A program made the translations under genes and the position numbers. Source: the human T2T-CHM13v2.0 reference genome, Homo sapiens. Taken from it: a DNA stretch of 64,000 nt. The stretch is taken from NCBI RefSeq assembly GCF_009914755.1, contig NC_060942.1. One strand, given 5' to 3'. Below the pieces are notes generated by a model. That model did not search any database. It saw only the letters and a list, made by a program, of their open reading frames with translations, and was not told where the DNA came from. Shown piece after piece: positions 29,873 through 43,507 of the stretch (positions within the stretch are counted from its first letter, which is position 1; each line of letters opens with the position of its first letter).

Positions 29873-30447
29873 TGTTGCTGTGTAACAAATTGCTATAAAC
29901 TTAGAAGCTGAAAACAACACTAATTCGTTATCTCACTGTTCTGTGGGTCAGAACTGGGGACGGGCTCTTCTGCTCAGGGTCTCTCATGACTGAGATCAGT
30001 GTGTCCATGGGCTGAGCTCTGGGGAAGAATTTGCTTCTAAGCTCACTGAGGTTGCTGGCAGGAACTTGTTCCTTGTGGCTGCAGGTCTGAGGTCCTCATT
30101 TCTTTGCTGGCTGTCAGCCATGGCTGCTTGCTGTTCCTAGGGACTACCTGCATTCCTTCTCACGTGGTCCTCTCTGTCTTCAAAGCCATAACGGTGCATC
30201 AAGTCCTTCTCACTCTCAGACTTTCAAACTTCCTTTCTGCCATCATCTGGAGAAAACTCTTTACTTTTAAAGGGCTAATTTGATTAGATTGGGCCCACCA
30301 GATTAATCCCCCTTTTGCCATGTAAGGTAATATAATCACAGGAGTGATATTTAATTGTATGCATGGGTTCTACCCACACTAAAACGGAAGGAGATTAAGC
30401 AAGAATGAGGGTCATTGGAGGCCATTCTTACAATTCTGCTTACCACA
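29873..30447 (-). mobile_element. MLT1D/E solo LTR (ERVL-MaLR)
   Basis: tgctgtgtaacaaatt...ttatctcactgttctgtgggtcag...ggccattcttacaattctgcttaccaca (reverse complement of the MLT1 start). Confidence 0.85.
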
Positions 30448-30907
30448 GGGATAAGCTTGGGTCTCTATAAGCCAAATAAATATTTTCTCTGAAAACCCCA
30501 AGGTATAAGCTAAAAATAAAACAGTATTAGTTTCTGTATTATTTCTGTAGCTAAGGCATTTTCAGAAGATCTATACTTTAAAAAGTTTTAAACTTTTAAA
30601 TTTGTAGCCCAAATTTTTAGTTGAATATATATTGCTTTCTGATTACAAGTGGCCTGTAGTCATATATGTATGCATGTATGTATTTATGCATAAATACTTA
30701 GGATTTGTTGTTTGCTAGGATTTGTTTATGTATATATATGCATAAATACTTAGGAACAACATATAATACTTAGTAACATCAATAGCTACTGCTAATGTTT
30801 TGGGCATATTATCTTTCAGTGCTTTTTTCTGTGCACATGTATTATATTTAATTTTTAATCATACTTGTCACACTATATTTTTGCATTCTCGGTTTTCGGT
30901 TTTAAAT

Positions 30908-31020
30908 ATTTTTTAAATTGATACATAATATTTGTACATATTTGCAGGATACAAGTGATATTTTGTTACATGCATAGAATATGTAATGATCAAGTCAAGG
31001 TATTTAGGATATCCAGCACT
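30908..31020 (-). mobile_element. Short L1MA2/3-like 3' terminus
   Basis: ttttaaattgatacataatatttgtacatatt...tacatgcatagaatatgtaatgatcaagtcaaggtatt. Confidence 0.7.
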
Positions 31021-32302
31021 AGTTTTCATTGTTTTTACAACTATTTCTCTTACCATTTAGCACATTACATATATGTACTATTAGTAGTTGCCTACTAAAT
31101 GCTACCTGTTATTCTGTTTATGTTTTTAAGAGCTTTATTCAGGTATAATTGACAAAAAATGTGAGTGTGTGTGTGTGTGTGGTAAGAACATGTAAGACAT
31201 ACTCTTTTAGCAAATTTCAAATAAACAACACAGTATTATTAACTATAGTTACTGTGCTTTACATTAGGTCCTCAGAACTTATTCATCTTGTAACTGAAAG
31301 TTTGTACTCTGACCAATATTTCCCCATTTTCCTCATGCTTGAGCCTCTGGCAACCACCATTCTACTCTTTGCTTTTATGAGTTCAAGTTTTTTAGATTCT
31401 ACATATAAATGAGATCATACAGTATTTGTCTCTCTGTGTCTGGTTTATTTTACTTAGCATCATGTTCTTGTTCATCCACATTCAACCCAAATGGCAGGAT
31501 TTTCTTCTATTTTATGGCTGAATAATATCCCACTGTATATATTCATACTATATTTTCCCTATCCATTTATCTTTCGATGGACACTTAGGTTCTGTATCTT
31601 GGCTATTGTCATAATGCTGCAATAAACTTGGGGGTGCCAATATCTTTCTGAGATATGGATTTTGCTTCCTTTGGGTATATACCCAGTATTAGGATTGCCG
31701 TATTATATAATAGTTCTATTTTTAATTTTTTTGAGCAAACTCCATACTCTTTTCCATAAGAGATGTACTAATTTGCATCCTCACCAACAGTGTACAAGGG
31801 TTTTATTTTCTCCACAGCCTTGATAACTCTTCTTATATCTTATCTTTTTGATAATAACCATCCAAGCAGGTGTGAGGTGATATCTTGTGGTTTTAATTTG
31901 CATTTCTCTAATGTTGAGCCCCTTTTCATATCCCTGTTTGTCATTTGTATGTCTTCTTTGGAAAATTGTCTCTTCAGATCTTTTACTCATTTAATTTTTT
32001 TTTTTGTTTTGGCTTTTGAGTTATATAAGCTCCTTGTATATTTTGGGTATTAACATTTTATCAGATACATGGTCTGCCAATATTGTCTTGCATTCTGTGG
32101 GTTGCCCTTTCATTTTGTTGATTGTTTCCTTTGCTGTGCAGAAGCCCTTTGGTTTCATTTAGTCCCATTTTTTTTTTCTGTTTGCTTTTGTTCCCTTGTG
32201 CTTTGGGTGTCATATTTAAAAATGTTTGCCAAGGCCAGTGTCAAGGAGCTTTTCTTCTAACGTCTCTTCTAGGAGTTTTATGGTTTTAGGTCTTATATTT
32301 AA

Positions 32303-32648
<346 letters not shown>

Positions 32649-33349
32649 AAGTTTTAATTTTTAGCATGTGGATATCCAGTTTTCCCAGCACCATTTATTA
32701 GGGAAAAGAGGGAAAAAGAGACTATTTTTTTCCTATTGTGTATTTTTTGGTGCCCCTGTTAAAGATTAGTTGACTATATATCGGTGGATTTATTTCTGGG
32801 CTCTCTATTCTGTCCCATTGGTCTACTTGTCTGTTTTTAATGCCAGTACCATACTGTTCTGATTACCATAGCTTTGTAATATAGTTTGAAACCAGGGACT
32901 GAGATGCCTCTGGCTTTGTTCTTTTTGCTCAAGATTGCTTTGGCTATTTGGAGCCTTCTGTTGATCTATACGCACTTTTAGAATTGCTTTTTCTATTTCT
33001 GTGCACAATGCTATTGGCATTTTGGTAGGGACTAGGTAGGGACTGCATTGAATCTGTGAACTGCTTTGGGTAGTATGGACATTTTAACAATATTAATTCT
33101 TTTAACCCTTGAACATGGGATGTCTTGTCATTTATTTTTGTCTTCTTTAATTTTCTTCATCAATGTCTCAGGGTTGTCAGAGCACAGATATTTTACCTTC
33201 TTAGTTAAATTTATTCCTAAGTATCTTAACGTTTTTAATGCTATGGAAATGGGATTGTTTTCTTAATTTCTTTTTAGATTCCTGTTAGTGTATAGAAATG
33301 TGACTGATTTTTGTATGTTGATTTTGTGTTTAATAACTTTACTGAATCC

Positions 33350-33374
33350 ATTTATTTATTTATTTATTTATTTA
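33350..33374. repeat. (TTTA)n microsatellite
   Basis: About 6 ATTT units. Confidence 0.85.
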
Positions 33375-33798
33375 TATCTAACAGTATTTTGGTGGAGACT
33401 TTAGTGTTTTCTATATATAAGGTTATGTCACTGCAAACAGAGATAATTTAACTTCTTCCTTTCTCATTTGGATGCCTTTTATCTTTTATTTCCTTGCCTA
33501 ATTACTCTGGTTAGGAGTTTCAGTACTGTGTTGAATAAAAGTGGTGAGAGTGGGCACCTTGTCTTGTTTCTGATCTTAGAGGAAAATTTTTAGCTTTTCA
33601 CCTTTTCATATGATGTTAGTTGTGGGCTTATCATATATAATTTATATTATGTTAAGGTACATTTCTTCTATGCCTAATTTATTGAAAGTTTTAAAATCAT
33701 AAATAGACGTTGAATTCTGTCAAATGATTTTTCTGCAACTACTGAGATGATAGCATGGTTTTCATCCTTCATTTTGTTAACGTAGTATATTGTATTTA

Positions 33799-33888
<90 letters not shown>

Positions 33889-34751
33889 CTATTTGCTAAT
33901 AATTCTTTTGAGGATTTTTGCATCTGTGTTCCTCAGCAATATTTCCCTGTAGTTTTATTTTCATATAGTGCCCTTATCTGGCTTTAGTGTGCATGTGATG
34001 CTAACCTCATAAATTTGGAAGTGTTCCTCTCTTTGTAATTTTTTGGAAGAGTTTGAGAAGGATTAGTCTTGGTTCTTTAAATGCTTGGTGGAATTCATCT
34101 GTGAATCCATCTGGTCCTGTACTTTTCTTTATTGGGAGGTTTTTGATTACTAATTCAATCTGCTTACTCATTGGTCTACTCAGATTTTCTATTTTTTTCA
34201 TGATTCAGTCTCGGTAGGTTGTATGTATCTAGAAATTTGCCCATTTTTTTCCAGGTGGTCCAATTTGTTGGCATAGAATTGTTCATAGTAGTCTCTTATA
34301 ATCTTTTGTATTTCTGCGGTATTAGTTGTAATGTCTCCTCTTTCCTTTATAATTTCATTTATTCAAGCCTTTCTCTTTTCTTCTTGGTTAGTGTAGATAA
34401 AAATTTGGCAATTTTGTTTTTCTTTTTTTAAAAAACCGTGGCCCTTTGTTTGGCTGATCTTTTGTATTGTCATTCTAGTCTCTATTTCATTTACTTCTGT
34501 TCTAATCTTTATTATTTCCTCCCCTTTGCCAACTTTGGGCTTTTTTTTTCTGGTTCTTTAAGATGTAAAATAAAGTTGTTTATTTGAAATCATTCTTTTT
34601 TCTCTTAATGTATACACTTATCACCATAAACTTCCCCCTTTGAACTGCTTTTGCTGCACCCCATAAGTTTGAGTATGTTGTGTTTTCATTTTTGTCTCAA
34701 AATACTTTTTGATTTCTTCTTTGGCCCACTGATTGTTCAGTAGTGTGTTAA

Positions 34752-35127
34752 TGTATTAGTCATTTCTCATGTTGCTATAAAGAACTGCTCGAGACTAGGG
34801 TAATTTATAAAGAAAAGAGGTTTGATTGACTCATAATTCCACATGGGTGAGGAGGCCTCAGGAATCTTATAATCATGGTGGAAGGGGAAGCAAACTCATC
34901 CTTCTTCACATGATGGCAGGAACGAGAAGTGCCGAGCAAACGGGGGAAAACCCCCTTATAATACCATCAGATCTCGTGAGAACTCACTCACTATCATGAG
35001 AACAGCATGAGGGTAACCGGCCCAATGATTCAATTACCTCCCACTGGGTCCCTCCTACGACATGTGGGGATTATGGAAACTACAATTCAAGATGAGATTT
35101 GGGTGGGGACACAGCCATACCATATCA
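34752..35127 (-). mobile_element. THE1C/D solo LTR (ERVL-MaLR)
   Basis: TGTATTAGTC...gatgagatttgggtggggacacagcc..CATATCA; perfect 5-bp TSD GTTAA at 34747-34751 and 35128-35132. Confidence 0.95.
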
Positions 35128-35995
35128 GTTAATTACACATAATTTACACATTTTCAAAATTATTCCTGTTATTAATTTCTAGTTTCATATCATTGTGGTT
35201 GGAAAAGATACTTGATATGATTACACTTTCTTAAGTTTGTTAAGACTTGTTTTGTGGCCCAACATATGATCTACCCTGGAGAGCATTCTGCGTGCAGTTA
35301 AGAAAAGTGTGTACTCTGCTGTTGCTGGGTGGAGTGTTCTGCATTTGGTCTGCAGTGCTATTCAAGTCTGCTATTTCCTTAAAGGTTTTCTGTGTGGTTG
35401 ATTTATTCATTTTTGAAAGTGGAGTACTGAAGTCTTCTACTATTATTATGTTGCTTCTGTTTCTCTCTTCAGTTCTGTTAATATTTGCTTTTTGTATTTA
35501 TTTGCTCTAATGTTGGGTGGAACTATTCATAATTGGCATATTCCCTTGATGAATTGGCCCCTATATCATTATATATTGACCTCTTTGTCATGACAGATTT
35601 TGACTGAAAGTCTATTTTGTTTGATATAAGTATAGCCATACCTGCTTTCTTTTGGTTTCCATTTCCATGGAATATCCTTTTCCATCCCTTTATTTTTAGC
35701 CTGTTTGTATCTTTAAGGCTAAAGTGACCCTTTTGTAGGCAGTATATAGTTGAATTTTATTTTTAAGTTTATTCAACCACTGTGTGTTTTTTGATTGGGG
35801 AATTTAATACATTTACATTTAAAGTAATTATTGATAAGTAAGGTCTTACTATTTCCATTTTGTTAATTGTTTTCTGACTATTTTTTAGATTTTTTATTCC
35901 TTTTCATATCTGTTGGTATCTTTCCTTGTGAGTTGTTGATTTTTTATAGTGGTATGCTTGGATTCCTTTCTGTTTATCTTTGGTGTGTCTACTAG

Positions 35996-36364
<369 letters not shown>

Positions 36365-36484
36365 TGAAGTTTACATAAAACATATTATAGTTATAGCATT
36401 GTGTTTTAAGCTGATGAGAATGTAACTACAATTGCATTAAAAGACTCAATACTCTTACTTCTGCCTTCTTCACATTTTATATGA

Positions 36485-36876
<392 letters not shown>

Positions 36877-37026
36877 TAATACTTTTGTCCCCTAACTTTT
36901 AATCTAGAGTTAACAAGTGATATACACACTAGCATTAGAGTATTAGAGTATTCTGGACTTGACTATATGTTTACTTTTACCAGTGAGTTTTATCTTTTCA
37001 TGTGTTTATCGTTTTTATGTTGTTAC

Positions 37027-37496
37027 TATGATGGTTAATACTGAGTGTCAACTTGATTGGATTGAAGGATACAAAATATTGATCCTGGGTGTGTCTGTGA
37101 GGGTGTTGCCAAAAGAGATTAACATTTGAGTCAGTGGGCTGGGGAAGGCAGACTCACCCTTAATCTAGTGGACACAATCTAATCAGCTGCCGGGAAATAT
37201 AAAGCAGGCAGAAAAACATGAAAAGGAGAGGTGGGCCTAGGCTCCCAGTCTACATCTTTCTCCTGTGCTGATGCTTCCTACCCTTGAACACCAGACTCCA
37301 AGTTCTTCAGTTTTGGGACTCGGACTGGCTCTCTTTGCTCCTCAGCTTGCAGATGGCCTATTGTGGGACTTTGTGATCATGTAAATTAGTACTTAATAAA
37401 CTCCCCTTTATATATGTATTTATATATATGTAAATGTCTCATATATATAAATGTCTGCTATTAGTTCTGTCCTCTAAGAGAACCCTGACTAATACA
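37027..37496 (+). mobile_element. MLT2A1 solo LTR (HERV-L)
   Basis: T(A)TGATGGTTAATACTGAGTGTCAACTTGATTGGATTGAAGG...AACCCTGACTAATACA; TSD GTTAC/GTTTC. Confidence 0.93.
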
Positions 37497-38892
37497 GTTT
37501 CTTAGCATCTTTCCATGTTATGTGAAGACATCTCTTCAGCATTTCTTGTAAGGCATATCTAGTGGTGATGAACTCTCTTAGCTTTTGTTTGTTTGGGAAT
37601 GTCTTTATCTCTCTTTCATTTCTGATGAACACTTTTGCTGGTAGTATTCTGGTTGGATTTTTATTCTCTTTCAGAACTTTGAATATATCATCTCATTCCT
37701 TCCTGGCCCACAAGGTTTTTGCTGAGAAGTCTCCTGACATCCTTATGGTGAGTTTCTTGTATATGATGAGTGTCTTTTCTCTTACTACCTTCAAGAGTCT
37801 CACTTTGTCTTTGACTTTTGACAATCTAATTATGTGTTTTGGTGTATTTTTCTGTGGGTTGATCTTACTTGAGATCTTTTGAGTTTCGTTAATCAGAATG
37901 TTCATATCGCTCCTGAGATTTCAGAAGTTCTAAGCCATTATTTCTTTAAATAAGTTTTCTGCTCCGTTTTCTGTCTCTTTCTATTGAAATTCCCATAATT
38001 AGTATATTTGTTTGTTTGATGATGTCCCAATTTGTCCCTTATGATTTCTTTACTAATTTTTATTCTTTTTTTGTTTTGTTTCTCTAATCAACTAATTTTT
38101 AACGATCTGACTTTGATTTCACTATTCTTTTTTCTGCATAATTGAGTTTGCTCTTGAAGTTCTTTATTGTATTTTTTTAGTTATCTTATTGTATACTTCA
38201 GCACTAGGATTTCTGTTTGGTTCTTATTTATGGTTTCTATTTCTTTATTAAAATTTTTATTTTTTCATGCATTGTTTTCCTGGTATTGTTTAATTACATG
38301 TGTTCTCTTGCATCTCATCGAGCTACTTTAAGATCATTATTTTAAATTGCTTGTCAGGCAATTTATAGATCTCAATTTCTTTGGGGTTGGAACTTTATTT
38401 GTTTCCTTTGGTGGTGTATGTTTGTCTGATTCTTTGTCATTCATGAAGCCTCGTGTTGGTGTCTATGTATCTGAAGTAGCAAACATATTTTTCAGTCTTT
38501 ACAGACTGGTTTTGGCAGGTAAAGATCTTTTTCTGTTAAATGTCTAGGCTGTTGGGATTGTCTCTGGGATCACAGTTGATTGAGTGGGGTTGGAATCGAG
38601 TCACATGGCTACTGCTGGTTCTGCACTGGGTCCATGTTTGATAGGCCTGTTACCAGGGGCTCCAGCAGGTGTGGGTCCTGTCAGGTCCTTGGGCAGACTG
38701 AGCTGCCTCCAGGTTCTTGGTCAGTAGGGGTGGTGCTGAGACCAGGCTCTGTTTCAGGGTCCACAGTTGATTTGGCTGATGGTGAGCCTGTTACTAGGTA
38801 TGTAGAAGGGTATGTTTCCCTCTGAGTCTAGGGGAGTTTCTACTGGGTCACTGGGTAGGTACTTGAAGAGACAGGACTGGCTCCGGATCAAG

Positions 38893-39560
38893 GCTGAGAG
38901 GGGTCAATTAAGTTACAGGGCTGCTTCAGGATCCAGAGCTGAGACTGAGATCTGCAGTCCTGTCTCCAGAGGCAGAGATGAGTGTGCCTCCTGGTGGTTT
39001 CTTGGGCAAACACAATTGCCACTGGACCAAAGCTGAATGAGGCTAGAGCCAAGTTACAGGGCTGTTTCAGGATTGGTTGTGGGACCAAGGTTGGCAAGCC
39101 TGTTTATTGGAACACAGATGAGTGTGAGTTCAAGCATGTTCTTGAGTGGGCATGAATGCTCTCAGACTACAGTTGAGAGGGGCTGGAGCCGAGTTACCAA
39201 TTCGTTTCAGGATCTACTGTGGGACCAAGGTTGGCAAGCCTGTCTCCCAGGGCATGACTGGGTATGACTTCTAGAAGGTCCCTCACTGAGTAGACCTGCT
39301 TTTAGGCTGCAGCTGAGAGGGACTGGAGATGAGTTATAGGGCTCTTTCAGGGTCTGTATGGGACTGAGGTTGGCAAGTCACAGACCAGCCTGACTACTGG
39401 TGGGTCCCAAGGAAGGCACAACTGCTTGCAGACCACAGCTAAGAGGAGCTGGAGCCAAGTTACAAGGCAATTTCATGGTCTGCTGCTGGGATCATGGGCC
39501 TATCATTTGAGACTCATGTGGGTGTGACCCCTCTCAGGTCCCTTGGCAGATGGTTCTAGT
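38893..39560. repeat. Degenerate tandem array of ~140-bp monomers in the L1M 5'UTR
   Basis: Anchor GTTA(C/T) at 38912, 39053, 39193, 39333 and 39459; shared gctgagagg...ggagcc.agttac...ttcagga...gggacc.aggttggcaag. Confidence 0.85.
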
Positions 39561-41263
39561 GGCAGAACCAAGGCAAATGAAGTTGTATCTGATACATAAG
39601 GAGATGAGGCTGTTTTTCACATCTGTAGCCTGCATTATGGTTAGTGACACTGCCATCCGAGTGCAAGCCTGTTCTCAAGACAGCCTTCTTAGGTCTTGGG
39701 CTCCACCAGGGTTCTCAGTCTCCAACCAAGGCTCACAATAGCACTTTGTCTACAGATGGCTGTCAAATTCTTGTTATTGTAGGGGGATGGGGATACAAGC
39801 AGAGGACATTCTATCCCATCATTTGGCTGACATCCCTATTAATCTGTTTAATATGTACCCTTCTTGACATAGAGTAATACTAACTTTTCATAAAATTGAA
39901 AAAACCACTATATTTTAACGATTTATACACCTAAATTATTATTTCTATAATAGTAAATTTTTGCATAATGTGTTTAAGTAGATGTATACAACTGCTTTGT
40001 CAATCACTTCTCTGTATAGAGGGAGGAAATTCCCAAGTGAAGATTTAAACTTTCTTCTTTCAAGTTTTAAATTATGTTTTTCCTTAGGATGTTATGGTTA
40101 AAAATTTAATCCGTCTTTGATCTCTCCTTGGATGAAACAGATTCATCCAATAATAGCACATTGAAATATGTGGTTTAGTGTAATCTCTGCTTCTACTGCA
40201 AACAGAAGAGAAATAAAGGATCTCTAGGCACAAAATTAATTGCTCTGCATCAGGTTGCATTGCCATTTAAGGAAAATTTATCTTTCATTATGATTGTATT
40301 CTCTATTATTTGAAAACTTGAGGCATGTTTATTTTTAGTATTGTGAGTTTCTATTGTCAAGCTGACCACCATTATTTGTTATTTCTTGAATCTTAACCTC
40401 AAACAAAGGCATTGCCTCTTTTTGGGGAAAAAGACTGACTCTTTATAATATAGATAGGCTTTTATTTTTATTTTCGAAACATCTGTATGCTCCACATTTA
40501 ATTTTGAAAATACTGTAAAGATATGGCTCATGTTCCTGATTATTTCATTAAATTGTTAAATGTAAATGTTCCAAATTTGGCAGTTTAAACATTGTGAATC
40601 CTAAAACTGATTAAGAAAATTTCATAGAATCACAATTTTAATTGGGCTACCCAATCTTATCAATTCAATTTCACTGCATGTTCTTAATCTACCTAAGTAT
40701 ATTCCCAATCCTTAATATAGATTTCCAATTAAAAAGAGGGAGAATGTTTTGTTTCTTTTATATTTATCCCCTAATTGCTTTTAGGCTCTGCAAAGGTTCT
40801 GTTTTGTCCAGGTGGTTGTTTTGAAGCATACTGTGCTTTCAGAATCTCTTGAAATATTTACAGATGATGAATCTGCAGCCAAAACACTCAATAAACAGCA
40901 CCTGCAGAACTTAGACTTTGTCTAAATTTGGAAGTCAGAACTGAGGACTGGTGATTTGGATAGTTCTAGGGAATATGACTTTTGGAAGAGGATTTCAGAA
41001 ATTTGAAGTAAAAGCTTGAATCATATTTACAACCTAACTGCTAGAGTTCTTCTTATATAATATATTTTGTCATTTTATGATCGTTCCTTTTTTTTGAAAT
41101 TTAACATGTCAGGTTACCAATCTTTTTGGTAACTAAGAGATTTAGTAAATGTTACAGATTTGCAAAACTGTAGCTTGAAGTTAACTTGGGGCTGAAAGGA
41201 AGGATCTCTTGTACTCATTACCTGGCAGGGTTGGGCCTTGACTGTTCTAGTCTCATCCTCCAT

Positions 41264-41466
41264 CCAGGTGTGCTGGTAAGTGTTTAACAATCACCTCACC
41301 AAAAATAGGTAAATAAAAACAGCCTGATTTGTAGCATTTGCTGATTTCCATGTAAATATGTCCTCTGGCTGATTTCAAGATATCAGAGATTTAACTGCTG
41401 GCTTTCACAATTTCTGAAAATTTAGTACTTGGCTCTCATGAGCCCTTATAAACCTGCTACAGCAGG
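41264..41466 (-). mobile_element. MER63A-like (hAT-Blackjack) DNA transposon fossil
   Basis: ggtgtgctggtaagtgtttaacaa...cctgatttgtagcatttgc...ggctgatttcaag...ggctctcatgagcc. Confidence 0.75.
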
Positions 41467-42218
41467 TGAATCTATATTATCACCTGTCTCAGGAATCCAT
41501 AATTCAGGAATTTTCATCTTTATTTGTGTTTAACTTGGTATTTTTTCCATGTTGTTACTGTGGTTAGATTCGTGAAAATGCTGAAGCTTTAAGAAAGTTC
41601 TCATTCTTCTAATTTGTATGCAACAGAAACTGCCAATAGCAACTTCCCACAAATACCTTAGAGTGGCTCCTTTGCATTGAAAGCAATAAATCCTATTTAC
41701 AGGGAGAGCATGAAGTTCCTTATCTATTCCCCTCTCCCCCAAAAGAAACAAATGAACATGTATATATGTGAGAGAGAAAAGGGAAGAGGAATTTTAATAT
41801 AAAGATAAAATTTAGTCTAGTGCTGATCATTTCTCTTTATAGCCTTATATGAACTTCTGAAGTATAGGCACTTTGTATTCTGGTAAAGAGTAGCTTCTCA
41901 AAAAGTTTGCTGGAGGAATGTCAAAGCTGCTTGCCTAACCTGAAGACAGAGAGTCACTTAAACTCTTCTAGAAGTTGCAAGAGCTCTCTGAGGATGTTTT
42001 ACCTAGAGGTCTTAAGATAGTGATGCAGAATAAGAGAAAAGAAATGATGGGAAAATGGCATTATCAGCTCTCTTCCATTCTGCCATCTCCCACCACTCCT
42101 GTAATAAGTGGACTTCTAAAAGATTTGGGGCTGCTGTCTTCTACTATGAATAATCAGGCCACAATCAGCAAAGAAGCTGGGGGATGAGAAGTATGGAGAC
42201 TTTTTGGTCAATACTGGT

Positions 42219-42658
42219 TGTATTAGTCAGGGCTCTCTAGAAAGACAGAGATAATAGGATAGATATAAATATAAAGGGGAGTTTAGTAATGAGTATTAAC
42301 TCACATGATCACAAGGTCCCACAATAGGCCGTTTGCAAGTTGAGGAGCAAGGAAGCCAGCCCGAGTCCCAAAGCTGAAGAACTTGGAGTTTGATGGCAGG
42401 AAGAATCCAGCATGGGAGAAAGATGTAGGCTCGGAGGCTAAGCCAGTCTAATCTTTTCACATTTTTCTGCCTGCTTTATATTCGAGCCATGCTGGCATCT
42501 GATTAGATGGTGCATACCCATATTAAGGGTGGTCTGCCCCTCCAAGTCCACTGACTCAAATGTTAATCTCCCTTGGCAACACCCTCACAGACACACCCAG
42601 GATCAATACCTTGCATCTTTCAATCCAATCAGGTTCACACGCAGTATTAACCATCACA
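42219..42658 (-). mobile_element. MLT2A1 solo LTR (HERV-L)
   Basis: TGTATTAGTCAGGG...caatccaatc...CAGTATTAACCATCACA; TSD CTGGT 42214-42218 / CTGGG 42659-42663. Confidence 0.93.
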
Positions 42659-43507
42659 CTGGGTTAAGTCAATTAGGGAAAAAGAATGAAGACCACCCAA
42701 GATTCTAGGAACAAAGTTTCTATTCTCTTGGCTTTGCTTGTCATTTATTTACTAGTATTTAGATGATTGTGACATATTTCACCTGGGCAAATGATTGTAT
42801 TGTGATTACTTTGTCAGGAACATTCAGATTTCAGTGATCATCAGAGCCATGGCTACCCTTTAAAACAATAAAAATATGAACAACTTTAATTATATTATCT
42901 TAGAAGGACAAAAATTCTTAGGAGTACAAGTATTCGGATATTTTTCTTAAGTTGTGCTTTCACTATGAACTATTTGTCAAACTAATATCCAAAGAAAGTG
43001 GGGTTTTTTTTGGTGCATTTAGTATAATTTGGGGAAACTTGAAGTTATATTGGCATAAAAATTTTAGAAATTCTTTCCTTATTTTCAGAAACCATTGCAT
43101 GTACCATCAGAGTTGGATTGATTCTTGATTATTGAGATATGAAAATAGTCTTTTTTAATTTCTCTGTTCTTCAGGCATAATTATAGAGTCATGTCAATTT
43201 AAGGCAAAGTAATTCTAATTAAATCTGAGAGAATAATTAGGTAGGTTGCTGTGACTTAGTTAGTTGGATAAGGTGTAGTTTGAACAGAAACCAAAGTTAA
43301 TCATATGGGAGATTGTGGTTGTCAGTATGTACGAAATATTCTTAGAGTAAATTTCAAATATTCAAAATTCACAAAAATGGATAGTCACTTTGTAACACTG
43401 TCCTTAGGCAAACTTTCAGGTTTGAATATGGTGGGGGAGGGGGTGGGCACAGATATTTATTCCTTACAGTTTGCTAATAAAGGGAATTATTTTGACAGAT
43501 TTAAAGA

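Noticed and set aside
32701-33044. Short tandem duplications (GGGAAAAGAG x2, GGTAGGGACT x2)
   Set aside because: Ordinary slippage indels in neutral L1 sequence
38893-39560. CRISPR-like repeat-spacer array
   Set aside because: Eukaryotic context; whole units are homologous tandem copies with no unique spacers and no cas genes
37027-42658. Two MLT2A1 LTRs as ends of one HERV-L provirus
   Set aside because: Opposite orientations, separate TSDs and no gag/pol between them
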